DNA from: Octopus vulgaris
Taxonomy: Eukaryota
NCBI GenBank assembly: GCA_951406725.2
Contig: OX597816.1
Coordinates: 24,304,001-24,368,000 of the forward strand
Direction of reading: 5' to 3'
Length of the DNA: 64,000 bases
Each line of letters starts with the position of its first letter. Within the stretch, counting starts at the first letter, position 1. The notes under the pieces were generated by a model that searched no databases, had not been told where the DNA came from, and saw only the letters and a program-made list of their open reading frames with translations. Shown here piece after piece: positions 27,771 to 40,993 of this stretch. The translations under genes and the position numbers were made by a program.

Positions 27771-28273
27771 TGTTTGTATATATTTATATTCACATATATA
27801 CAAATGCATATATATATATATATAATATATATATATATATATTTAAATGTATGTATATATAGATATACACACATATATTTATAAATATATATATCTATAC
27901 GTACATGTATGTATATAAATATATATATATATAAATATAATATATATAAATGTAATATATATAAATGTAATATATATAAATATATATACATATATAAGTA
28001 GATATAATATATAGAAATACATATATATATATATATATATATACATATATACATATATATATACATACATACATACATACATACATACATACATACATAC
28101 ATACATACATACATACACACAAACACATACATTCAGACGCACACATATGGAGTGTGAATTAGTTAGAGAAAAGGTGGAGATAGATACATCAAAAGAAAAA
28201 TGAAATATCAGAATTTAGGAAAATCAATGGTATTCATCACCATACATCTATGTGTGCATGCGCATATGTGGTG

Positions 28274-28317
<44 letters not shown>

Positions 28318-28488
28318 TATATATATACACATACACGTCTCTACAAATATTGGTATTTAGTTGATGGTATTGATGGTGTATTTATGCAGTTCTGTAAAGT
28401 ATCAATTCGCGTGCGCTTGAACTCGTTTATTCACAGATAGACACATTGACGATACTTACAACACACACAAATGCCCTCCCGACACACA

Positions 28489-28528
<40 letters not shown>

Positions 28529-28926
28529 GTCTCTGTCTCTGTCTCTCTTTCTCACCGCTACCCACACACATACACTATAGACAGAACCATCCGCATGTAC
28601 ACACATAAAATATCATTAAAATCTTTCTCATACAACTTAGAAGACAGACAAATAATAGGTTAGGTATGTAAAATAAATATTCTGCATAAGAGATTTTATA
28701 CACGAGACTTACCAAACGTAGAACCGTTATTATTATACCTTCCTCATTACCTTTATTGTAATTATAACATATGCAACGAGACTAAATGGTTGTTGTTGGT
28801 GGTGGTGTTGTTGTATAGCCTCAATCAACCCTCTTTGACCATACTTATTATCAAAGATATCTCGTCATATTATTTTCCCAGACATATCTAATACTGCATT
28901 ATCCAAAGTGTCCTTCCCACTACCAT

Positions 28927-28992
<66 letters not shown>

Positions 28993-29073
28993 ATTTATAT
29001 ATATATATTCATATCTATCATTCGCCATGATAGATCGCTAGCCACTACACATTCTTTATTTTCTCTCCTTGTT

Positions 29074-29111
29074 TCTTTCTGTGGAAGAGCGTAGGCTCGA
29101 AACGTTGAAGA
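29074..29111 (+). ncRNA. Minimal hammerhead-like motif (CUGUNGAA core variant), copy 1 of a ~200-bp repeat
   Basis: Reads UCUUU CUGUGGAA GAGC-GUAG-GCUC GAAA CG UU GAAGA. Confidence 0.5.
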
Positions 29112-31721
29112 CTTTTTCACTTCTCGAGCGTTAAAGTAAAACGTTTGTTTGTTGTCTACACCATCTGTCTTCGTCTTTGTTTTTTGCGAATTGTTTCCAA
29201 ATTTGGCATATGGATTAAGTTTTGTATACTAATTCTTAAAATGAAATTCATTTTCTTATAAATTCATAACTAAAAAGTTATTAGCTCTTGACCCTTTACT
29301 CTTTTACCTGTTTCAGTCATTTGACTGTGGTCATGCTGGTGCACCGCCTTTAGTCGAGCACATCGACCCCAGGACTTATTCTTTCGAAGCCTAGTACTTA
29401 TTCTATCGGTCTCTTTTGCCGAACCGCTAAGTTACGGGGACGTAAACACACAAGCATCGGTTGTCAAGCGATGCTGAGGGGATAAACACACAAACACACA
29501 CACACAAACACACACGCACACACATATATATACATATATACGACGGCCTTCTTTCCGTTTCCGTCTACCAAATACACTCACAAGGCTTTGGTCGGCCCGA
29601 GGCTATAGGAGAAGACACTTGCCTAAAGTGCCACAGAGTGGAACTGAACCCAGAACCATGTGGTTTGTAAGCAAGCTACTTACCACACAGCCACTCCTGC
29701 GCCTTTTTGTAATTTGTTGATTACAATCAATTTGGAGGTTACACACCTTGTGCGCATGCGCAACATCTTTGGTTGCTATGACAAAAAAGTAAAAGAGTAA
29801 AAGAGTAAATCTTAATCCATATCCCAATTGTATACTAATTATGAAAATGAAATTCATTTTCTTATAAATTCATAATTAAAAAGTTATTAGCCCTTAACGT
29901 TTGCAAAATTTGGGTATTTTAGCCAATCAGACCACCGTTAAGGTCTGTTAGCATATTAAGCAAAGAAGTACCACGTGTTCCATAGCTGATTGCGAAGAAC
30001 TCTGTTGCTATAGTAACCAAAGATGGTTGCGCATGGGCACAAGGTATGTAACCACCAAATTGATAGCAATCAACAAATTGAGTGTACCTGGGCATCTTTA
30101 AAGCGTGGAAACAAATGACGACGTGGGACACACCATACATGGTTGACTCCTTTCTTTGTGAATTTTTGTGGAGAAGGGGATACGAGAAAGATAATTCATT
30201 TTGTAAAATCCTAGACTGCATTGCAGACTTTCGTTCTTAAGTTTTTTTAAACTAAGAAACGTCTGTTTTAAGCAATAAATGTCTGTTTAAGACTTGTATT
30301 TCTAGCAACTCTTGTTGGTTTGCTCGTAGCTTTTAAATATTTAATTTGCTCGCGAAACTCTTTTAATGTTTTTCACTGTTTACTATAGCTAGTTTAATGT
30401 TTTGACACGTCAGTGTTCCCCACTACGTCTTTCTCGCTTCTGTGACAGATGATGGAAGAAGCAGCGAACACGCTGTTTTCTGATTGGCTGAAAATTCTGA
30501 AAATTATCAAACTTTGAACACCTGAAATATTTTCGGCAATTTTTTCTGGAATAAATGAATAACGAATTCGGATTCAGTGTCAAAAATTACATCTATATGA
30601 TACATTAAAACAATTTTTTAACGATAATTGTAAAGTGACAAATTCAGGCTTTGGTCGACCTGAGGCTATAGTAGAAGACACTTGCCCAAGGTGCCATGCA
30701 GTGGGACTTGAACCCGGAACCATGTGGTTCGTAAGCAAGCTACTTACCACACAGCCACACTCCTACGCCTATGAAGTTAGATGAAAACTTGCTGTCGTCG
30801 TGAATAATAACGTCTTACTCCGCTAAGAAGAGAGTATGATGTATTACGAATGACCTCTTATATCGGTTTGTCATGCGATGATATTATTATGATGAATATC
30901 AAGGAAGAGACGTGAGTATTTATTTGTTAAGAGAACAGATGCTAAGAACAGTGGACAGCGACATATCGCCATCGTTGTGAATTATTTATTAGTTTAACTA
31001 CTTGGAACGTATTGTGACAAAAACAAACAGCCAATGCAACAAGACAAAAAGGAAGCGTCTACGTGGTTGCTCGGTTTGCTAGAAATAGCAACCAAATCAC
31101 CCTCAATTTACACATCACTGTTTTTAGTAAATAACACATTGGATAATTTGGTCTTAGGTTCGTTACACACACAAAAAAGACGTAATTGTCATATGTTTCT
31201 TTTTTCTTCTTGCTGGTCTGGAGTAAGGGCCACTCTCTTTAGCCTTCGCAGGTTCTCCTACATTGGTGAGATTTTGATGGCAGTAATTTTCCTCTTGAGC
31301 TTTTGAAGGTCTACACCTGCTGGAAAGATATGAACAGGAAAAGGAATTCCAGAATGAATGATGTTCTGTGAAGGAAGGACTGGGGGTCAGTGATTACTGT
31401 AGGACAGTGGTTCTCAACCGCCTTTAGTCGAGCAAATCGATCCCAGGACATATTCTTTGTGAGCCTAGTACTTATTCTATCGGTCCATTTTGCCGAACCA
31501 CTTGATTACAGGGACGTAAACACACCAGCATCGGTTGTCAAGCGGTGTTAGGGGGACAAACACAGACACACAAACATATACACACATACATATATATATA
31601 TATATATCCCCCATCCTCTCCTCTTCCCCCTCTCCTCCCCTCTTCTTCCCCTCCCCTTCTCCCCCCTCTTCTCCCCCTCCTCCTCTTGACTTTACACATC
31701 ACATCATATATGATGTGCCAT

Positions 31722-31954
31722 ACTAATACATACACCAACTAATACATACTAATACGTACTAATACATACTAATACATACTAATACATACACCAACCCTAT
31801 ACATACACACGTCCAGACCCCTCATACGCACTTATACTCTCTCATACACACACACACACACTTATACATACTAATACGTACTAATACATACTAATACATA
31901 CACCAACCCCATACATACGCACGTCCAGACCAATCCTACGCACTAATACTCTCT

Positions 31955-31993
<39 letters not shown>

Positions 31994-32058
31994 ATACATA
32001 CTAATACATACACCAACCCTATACATACACACGTCCAGACCCCTCCTACGCACTAATA
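31722..32058. repeat. Compound minisatellite (~115-135-bp units containing CTAATACATACACCAACCC...CACGTCCAGACC) inside a family A SINE
   Basis: The unit anchor CACGTCCAGACC occurs at ~31808, 31920 and 32030. Confidence 0.75.
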
Positions 32059-32227
32059 GCTGGTCCTTCAACCCTATTATCAACCCTATTATCTCCCCTT
32101 ATTTCGCTCTCGCGTCTCATGTTTGATCTTTGACCTCTGGCAGAAATCAGATCGCCATGTTGATTCGTTAGTTACTGCACGCATTTTTTCTCTCCTTCTT
32201 TCTGTGTTTTTTTTTTCTCTCTGTGTA

Positions 32228-32265
32228 TCTTTCTGTTGAAGAGCGTAGGCTCGAAACGTTAAAGA
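32228..32265 (+). ncRNA. Minimal hammerhead-like motif, copy 2
   Basis: Reads UCUUU CUGUUGAA GAGC-GUAG-GCUC GAAA CG UU AAAGA. Confidence 0.5.
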
Positions 32266-32362
32266 CTTGTTTTATTTATATTTCCTGAGCGCCATACTAA
32301 TACAATTGTTCGTTTGTTTTCCACCTGCCTTCGTCTTTTGTCTATTTTCATAAAGCTTCCCG

Positions 32363-32402
<40 letters not shown>

Positions 32403-33098
32403 GACAGGCTTCTTTCAGTTTCCGTCTACCAAATTCACCCACAAGGCTTTGGTCAGCCCGAGGCTATAGTAGAAGACACTTGGCCAAGGTGCCACGCAGT
32501 GGTACTGAACCCAGAACCATGCGGTTCATAAGCAAGCTACATACCACACAGCCACTCCTGCACTTATACAGTCAGGAGATAATCAGCCACAGCCTAATAT
32601 AAAATATAAGATATTGTGCTCTACAAAGAATATAAAGTACTTATTAAAATGCATAGCAGTCAGGGGTTAAGCAACAACAGCCTAGTGCAAAACATTCACA
32701 AAATATGAGACAGTAGAGTGCTATACGGACAATATAAAATACTAATTCAAATATATAAGAGCGAGGTAGACGTGCGGAAAACAAGAGAGTACAATGTGTT
32801 TATTAATTGCATCAGATATATTATCTTTTGTTTTGCTATGAAATAATATGCTATTTCTGTTGCGACGTACAGTGAACATACTAAACATTGTCTGGGATAA
32901 ATTATCGAATTCCTATCCTCTATTGTTGTTATTCTTCGTTACGCTGGTTTCTTGTTAGCCTAATTACCAGACGTGCATGACCCGATTGTTTGTTCATACA
33001 CACACACACACACACAATAGATAGATAGACAGACACTTGGGCACACACGTAAACTCATATATAGATATTGTGTACTTCGTAACTGCTGGCGATTAAAC

Positions 33099-33220
<122 letters not shown>

Positions 33221-33230
33221 TATATTAAAT

Positions 33231-33755
33231 GCCCTGGTGCAGTACCAGGCAGTGGCTCTCATGGCTTCTGATCTTAACTGATTGGAAGTGTTATCATGTA
33301 CATTGTTTTGTCTTGATATAAAAGATGGGCTACAGCAAATATTCTGCTCAATACCACAGATTTGCTTGTCAGTTGCTTGACCTTAACCAGTTGAGCATGT
33401 CCCTTAGTGGCCTACGATATGTGCATCTCTGATCACGAGCAGAAGTAATGGGGGAGCATCATGGCCATGTGTTGAGAGGGATTCTTTGGGGTTTGAATAG
33501 TTCACGTTCAACATCCTTAAATATTCAGGGACCTTTTGAGCAGGATGGGTTACTCGACAAGAAGAAAATTCTAACTGGGCCCCACTGCAAGGTCATGTGC
33601 TGTTTATCTTGATATGAGATTACCATGTCGCGCACATATGGTTGTGATTCATGTGCCTGGTGTACCCTTATCAGACGGGTAGTCATGATGGGTATACTGG
33701 GCTTCGTCTATTTTATCCCAGTGTCACTTTGATGGCATGCACTGCTCTCTCACTC
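33231..33755 (+). mobile_element. ~550-bp (AAT)n-associated element
   Basis: Starts GCCCTGGTGCAGTACC directly after an (AAT)n run and ends CTCTCTCACTC-AATAAT. Confidence 0.85.
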
Positions 33756-33884
33756 AATAATGATAATATTATATGTATATATATATATATACAGACACTT
33801 AGATACTGAGACTTGTTTATCCTAGATAGATCAATTAATAGATAGATAGATAGATACACACACACATCATACATACACATATAT

Positions 33885-35400
33885 ACGAGGGTGTGTAATT
33901 TATTAAAACAAAAGCAGGGATTGATCAATTACATCATTGTTCGACATAGTCTCCTTCCTTTTCGATACACTTCCATCGATCTACAAACCTGCTTACTCCA
34001 TCGGAGAAGAAGGTTTCCTGTCGGTCGCGCAGCCATTTGTGCACCGCTTCCTGTGCCTCTTCGCCTGCAGCAAATCGATGGCCTCATAAAGAATATATGA
34101 GAGGTCCAAAAGGGTGAAAGTATGAAGGAGCGAGTTCAAGACTGAATGCAAGGTGTTACAGCAACATGAAATCCAGTTTTTTAATGATCTCAACGGTGTG
34201 GGCGACTGTAAGTGGACATGTATTAACGTGCAACAACACTTGATTTGACGACAGGCCGCTGCATTTGGTGCGAATTGCAGGTTTCAGTCTGTTGGCCAGC
34301 ATTTCATTGTAACTTACACTGGTGACTGTTGACTCCTTTTCTAGATCATGTTCGCCGGGCGAAATGCGTAGCCGTATTTCGTCTGCCGCTACGTTCTGAG
34401 TTCAAATTCCGCCGAGGTCGACTTTGCCTTTCATTCTTTCGGGATCGATTAAATAAGTACCAGTTACGCACTGGGGTCGATGAAATCGACTTAATCCGTT
34501 TGTCTGTCCTTGTTTGTCCTCTCTGTGTTCGGCCCCTTGTGGGTAGTAAAGTAATAGGTATTTCGTATGCCGTTACGTTCTGAGTTCAAATTCCGCCGAG
34601 GTCGACTTTGCCTTTCATCGTTTCGGGGTCGATTAAATAAGTAGCAGTTACGCACTGGGGTCGATATAATCGACTTAATTCGTTTGTCTGTCCTTGTTTG
34701 TCCCTTCTGTGTTTAGCCCCTTGTGGGTAGTAAAGAAATAGCATCACTTTTTTTTTCTGTGGATGGTTGAGTTTTGAATATCTTTTTCGCTAGCGATTCC
34801 GGGTGTTTTCACTCTATACACGGCCTTTTGGATTTTAATTCAAAGTGATGGACACAGGTCTCATATCCTGTGACTATTCTCTCCAAAAATGCTTCGTCTT
34901 TATCATTGTAGTGGACAAGTAAGCGTTGACAGATCGCCACACGATTACGCTTAAGTGCTTCGATAAGCTTCCTTGGTACCCATCTCACACAGAGTTGCCG
35001 TGGATGATTTCGTATGTAGAACCATGAATAATTTGCAGAAGACATGTCATTTAATCGATTGTCACTTGACGGTTCGCCAGAACCATCTCCCGAGCTTGTT
35101 GAATCTTCACCTCAGTGGTGGAGGTTGATGGGCGTCCTGCGCCCATCTCGTGTTTCACCTTTGTCGGCCCATTTTTAAACTCGAACCACTCATACTTCTA
35201 CACGGTAGAGCTCTATACCCATATTGTATGGAAAGTCTGCAATAAAATTTAGCCCTGACACACCTTCAGAGCCAGAGAAAACGGGTCGCTAATCTCGGTT
35301 CTTCCTTGGTGCACACTGCCAGCTGATCGACCATATTTACTCTGTAACAAAAAAAAAAGAAATTTGAGCGATCAAGGTCCAGCCTCGGTTACATAACCAC
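33885..35400 (-). mobile_element. Degenerate mariner transposon, interrupted by a family B SINE dimer
   Basis: One end reads TACGAGGG. Minus-strand motifs are GAGRPSTS, LCVRWVPRKL, FLERIVTGYET, LHVN.CP, FSLELAPSYFHPFGPL and RWKCIEKEGDYVEQ*. Confidence 0.8.
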
Positions 35401-35496
35401 AAAAATACCACTTTTTAGCACGCGGGCGCTGAAGGCAGGGCAGTCAACCTAAAAGAAGTTTTTTCCAACATATAACGGGTATAAGCCTGTGCGTAA

Positions 35497-35570
<74 letters not shown>

Positions 35571-35771
35571 GTCTGTCTCTCTGTATGTCTGTCTGTCTGT
35601 CTATCCATTTGTCTATCTATCTATCTATCTATCTATTTATTTATCTATCTATTCTCTATCTAGTTAGCTATCTGCAAACACACATACGTACATAATACAT
35701 ACATACATACATACATACATACATACATACCTATACAGAGATAATAGACAGAGGCAGACAGACAGACAGAC

Positions 35772-35834
<63 letters not shown>

Positions 35835-35856
35835 CAGACAGATACATAGATAGAAT

Positions 35857-35942
<86 letters not shown>

Positions 35943-35953
35943 CAGATAGATAC

Positions 35954-36010
<57 letters not shown>

Positions 36011-36091
36011 GCGTGATATCTGAGTTTGTAAGATAGTGACTGTATAAACAACTAGATACACGAACACACACGTAGATACACAGGCACGTGT

Positions 36092-36142
<51 letters not shown>

Positions 36143-38038
36143 TAGTGAGAGAGAGAGAGAGAGAGAGAAGTGATGACTGGAAGTATGTAACAAATGCAGA
36201 GCGACTGTGATATATATTTTTCAATACAAAATTCGACGTAATCAAAAGACAATCTCAATTAATGGACTTAAAACAACACAACTACGAAAAAAATAAAAAA
36301 AAAAAGGAAAAAAGAAAAGAAAGATAACATTATTTCTTCTATCGCAGCCAACAGTAAATTCAATAAGTAGCAATAACAAATAATTTTCAGAGTCTTATCG
36401 ATCTAGCTTTCCCCCAATTACATCGACGTTTAATCGACACTGATCAATTAATCTACACAAATATTTTATTTGGCTTAATGCTTTGAAAATCTTCAATATC
36501 CGGAGAGAAAGACAAATTGCAAATACTACTCTTCTGGAAATCAAATGAATTCTTCGTAATTATTTAAATCTTGATTTCGGTTACTTCTACACCAATGCTA
36601 TGTAATTTTCGCATTATCGATCTGTTTGATTTTTTTCTTCTTTTTTTTTTTTTTTTTTTGAAATCTGCAAATTCTTTACGTTCGATTATAGATTTAAGAA
36701 TAAAGAAGTAAAGAAATAAATTGGTAACATATGCAGACTTGAATAGAATTATTTCGGCTATTCACTATTGATGTTGTTTTGGCTTTGCATTTCATCATTG
36801 CATTTAATGGACATTTCTTTGTATTTTTAGTAAATTAAAGGTTTCCGTCACTGTGCTATATTGTACGGTCAGTTATTGGAGCATAATGAAACCTGATAGT
36901 CTTAGATGATTCGCAGTGAAAAATATGAATTGAATAAGAAAGAAAAATGGTTAGCATTAACGAAAATATAAATTTCGCGCTTCGGATAAAGGATTTCAGA
37001 ATTCTATAGAGATGAGAAAGTAGATTGATGGTTATCTTTATTTTATTATTATTATTATTATTATTATTTTTGTATGATTCGTTTGTCTCTCAAACCATTA
37101 ATCGATAGAAAAGAAAATAATGGATTTGAACGAAAATCGAAACTATAGTCATGGGCTTCGCTTGTGATGAGCTCATCTTCATTGAACACTTTTGAGCATC
37201 TTTTCGGGGTCGATTTAAAAAACAAAAAAGTATCAGTACAGGTAGGTAGATTGGCGGAATTGTTAGAGTATCGGATAGGATAGGATACTTTCTGTTATCC
37301 GTCCCGGCCCTGTGCTTTCTGAGTTCAAATCGCGTCTCGTCACCGGAAAATGGTGACACTTCTGTTAGGCGTTGCGACCTTTGTTGGGGGTTATTTAGTT
37401 GTTTGTTCCTTCTTGGGCCATGCCTGGCTCATAAAGGCCGGTTTCCCATCTGGTCCGTCGCAGGTGAGCTGCATATGCAGAAGGAAAGCGTGAGAGAAGG
37501 TTGTGGCGAATGAGTCAGCAGAAGTTCGCCATTACCTTCTGCCGGAGCCGCGTGGAGCTTAGGTGTTTCGCTCATAAACACACACATCGCCCAGTCTGAT
37601 ATTCGAACACACGATCCCTCGACCGCGAGTCCGCTGCACTAACTACTAGGTCATGTGCCTCCACGATTATTTAGTTACTTATGTCTTACTATGTTATCTC
37701 AGATTTTGCTGAGATTGACTTAGTCTTTCTTCCTTCGCGATCGATAAAATAACAGTATCAATCAAATACTGGTTACATTTAAGCGACTGTATCTGCAAAT
37801 GTCTTCCAACACGACATTTACAGTCTTGTACATATGTTAGAAATTATTATTGTTATAAATCAAATTCTCCGAATCCTACACAAGCTGTTTGGATCACTGA
37901 CTAAGCCAAATGGATTGTTATAATTCTGCTGCTTGACATGCACGAAAATATCAAATATACTAAGCAGCTGTACCTAACAATCTAGTAATAATAGGTTGTT
38001 TAGTAGCGTCATATTGCATCATATATTACGCTGGTGAA

Positions 38039-38270
38039 GGCGGCGAGCTGGCAGAATCGTTAGCACGCCGGGTGAAATGCGTAGCCGTATTTCGTCTGCC
38101 GTTGCGTTCTGAGTTCAAATTCCGCCGAGGTCGACTTTGCCTTTCATCTTTTCGGGGTCGATAAATGAAGTACTAGTTACGCACTGGGGTCGATATAATC
38201 GACTTAATCCGTTTGTCTGTCCTTGTTTGTCCCCTCTATGTTTAGCCCCTTGTAGGCAGTAAATAAATAT
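38039..38270 (+). mobile_element. SINE family B copy with 18-bp TSD
   Basis: ATATATTACGCTGGTGAA lies at 38021-38038 and 38271-38288. Confidence 0.9.
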
Positions 38271-38294
38271 ATATATTACGCTGGTGAATTGTAT

Positions 38295-38855
38295 CAATCG
38301 TTACAGAGGTGGATAAAAGCTTTGGCAGGATAATACACAGTTCATGCCGCAGGGTTCGAATCCTGCCGAAATCAACTTTTCATTTCGTCGTTTCAGGGTC
38401 AATAAATTAAAGTACTGGTCTGGGGTGGTGGGTTGCAAGGTTTGTTAGAGCTTCGTACAAAATATTTTGTCGCATTTGAATCGGATCTTTACACTATGAG
38501 TCCGAATCCTGCCGAAATCAATTTTGTCTTTCGTCCTTCCGGGTTCGATAAAATAAAGTGCTGATCTAGGGCAGTGGATCAGAAGAATTATTGAAACGTC
38601 GCACAAAATTTATTGATATTTGTATCGGATCTTTATGTTAAAAGGTCGAATCCGGCCGAACTCATTTTGGCCTTTCATCCTTCTGGATTCAATAAAATAA
38701 AGTACCGGTCAAGCGTGATGGATTAAAAAGGTTGTTAAAGTATCGTACAAAATGTTTCATGATATTTGTATCGGATCTTTATGCTATGAGTTCGAATCTA
38801 GCAAAGGTCCCTAATGCATTTCGTTCTTTCGGGTTCGATAAAATATACTACTAAT
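38295..38855 (+). repeat. Four diverged tandem units of ~145 bp derived from a family-B-like SINE
   Basis: CGAATC anchors at ~38357, 38503, 38647 and 38793 are each followed by TTTCRTCCTT...GGRTYCRATAAAATAAAGTA. Confidence 0.75.
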
Positions 38856-39400
38856 GAAAGTATTGGAGTGCAGTCGTTACCCCTTTAGTTGACCCTCGAT
38901 TCAAGAGCGAGAAAAGTGGAGAGGATCTGTGTCCAGCCAACAGCATGGGGACTCAAAACATGAGCGAAGATATGGCTTATGCTACTGCTAAACCGTATTT
39001 CATTGCCAATTATATGCAGTTTATCTAAAACTTTTGTCTTTAGTGAAGCACATAGTTTTCAAAGTAGCTCCTATTTAAAAATCAAGGTTACGATATCATT
39101 TTCCTTCACAATATGTTCCTTCGCTGCTTCCATAAATGACTCTTAATATATGTGATAACTATAAGGCTTGCAAATACCTACTGAATCATTTTAAAGTCCA
39201 CGATCTATAAAGAGCACAAGCTAAAAGGTTTCAGTAATCTGTTCGTTGGTCAGGCGGAGTTTTGTATGTCAAGTACACGTCTTTTTGAATGCATCCTCTC
39301 TTCATTTCATTTAGCTGAGTATGACTTGAAGGAGATGTGTGTGTACACATACGTACATACATACATACATATACATTTATATGAATATATACACACACAA

Positions 39401-39487
<87 letters not shown>

Positions 39488-39507
39488 TATTCACACATAT
39501 ACACATA

Positions 39508-39556
<49 letters not shown>

Positions 39557-39590
39557 TCACATATATGCATATATATACATATATATGTTT

Positions 39591-39910
39591 ATAAGCGCGA
39601 CCTGAGGACTGCCAACATCTGTGTAGACACGTGGGAGGAAACAGCTGCTGACCGCTCTGCCTGGCGTCGGACGGTGAGGAAAGGCGTTTCCATGGCTGAG
39701 GAGAGGAGAGCACAGCTGTGGTTGGACAGGCGGGACAGGAGGAGAACAACTGCAGCAACACCCCACACGTACCCATCGATGTTCGTGTGCAGCAACTGTA
39801 CCAAGGACTGCCACTCTAGAATTGGACTGTGCAGTCACAGCAGACGCTGCACATCATCAAAGTAGGCCCCACCCTTGGCGCAACCCATTGTCTATCAAGA
39901 CAGACGGGGA
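39591..39910 (+). mobile_element. 5'-truncated RTE-clade LINE (ORF C-terminus with C2H2-type zinc finger and short 3' UTR)
   Basis: Reads [31 protein letters not shown]...[23 protein letters not shown]; the W-E-x-x-A-x-D-R-x-x-W-R motif is typical of RTE elements. Confidence 0.85.
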
Positions 39911-39926
39911 ATAAGGATAAGGATAT

Positions 39927-39972
<46 letters not shown>

Positions 39973-40700
39973 GCATATATAGGTGCAAGAGTAGCTGTGT
40001 GGTAAGCAGCTTGCTTATCAACCACATCGTTCCAGGTTCAGGCCCACTGCATGGCACCTTGGGCAAGTGTCTTCTACTATAGCCTCGGGCCGACCAAATC
40101 CTTGAGTGGATTTGGTAGACAGAAACTGAAAGAAACCTGCTGTATATACGTACATATATATGTATGTGTGTGTATATCTTTCTGTATCTGTATTTGTCCC
40201 CCTAACATAGCTTGACAACTGATGGTGGCCTTGTTACGTCCCCATAATATAGCGGTTCGGCAAAATAGACCGATAGAATTAGTCCTAGGCTTACAAATTC
40301 CTTGGGTCGATTTACTCGACTAAAGGCAGTGCTCCAGCATGGCCGCAGTCAAATGACTGAAACAAATAAAAGTAAAAGAGTAAGAGTATGCATATATATG
40401 TATATATATATACATATATATCTATATAGGGCATATATATATACAATGCATATATATAGTTATATATGCATATATATACACATATATATATATATATGTA
40501 TATTTATGCATATATATGTATATATACACATATATATGTATATATATGCATATATATACATATATATGTGCATAAATATACATATATACATATGCATATA
40601 TATACATATATATGTGCATAAATATACATATATACATATGCATATATATAGACATATATATGCATATATGTATATGTATATATATGCATATATGTATTTA

Positions 40701-40747
<47 letters not shown>

Positions 40748-40867
40748 TCATATATATATATACATATATACATGTATACGTACATATATATATATACATA
40801 TATATATATATACATATATACATGTATACATACATATATATACATGTATACATACATACATATATAC

Positions 40868-40902
<35 letters not shown>

Positions 40903-40918
40903 TGTACGTATACATGTA

Positions 40919-40993
<75 letters not shown>

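Noticed and set aside
38295-38855. Regularly spaced repeats as a CRISPR array
   Set aside because: Whole units are homologous (no unique spacers), they are SINE-derived, the context is eukaryotic and there are no cas genes.
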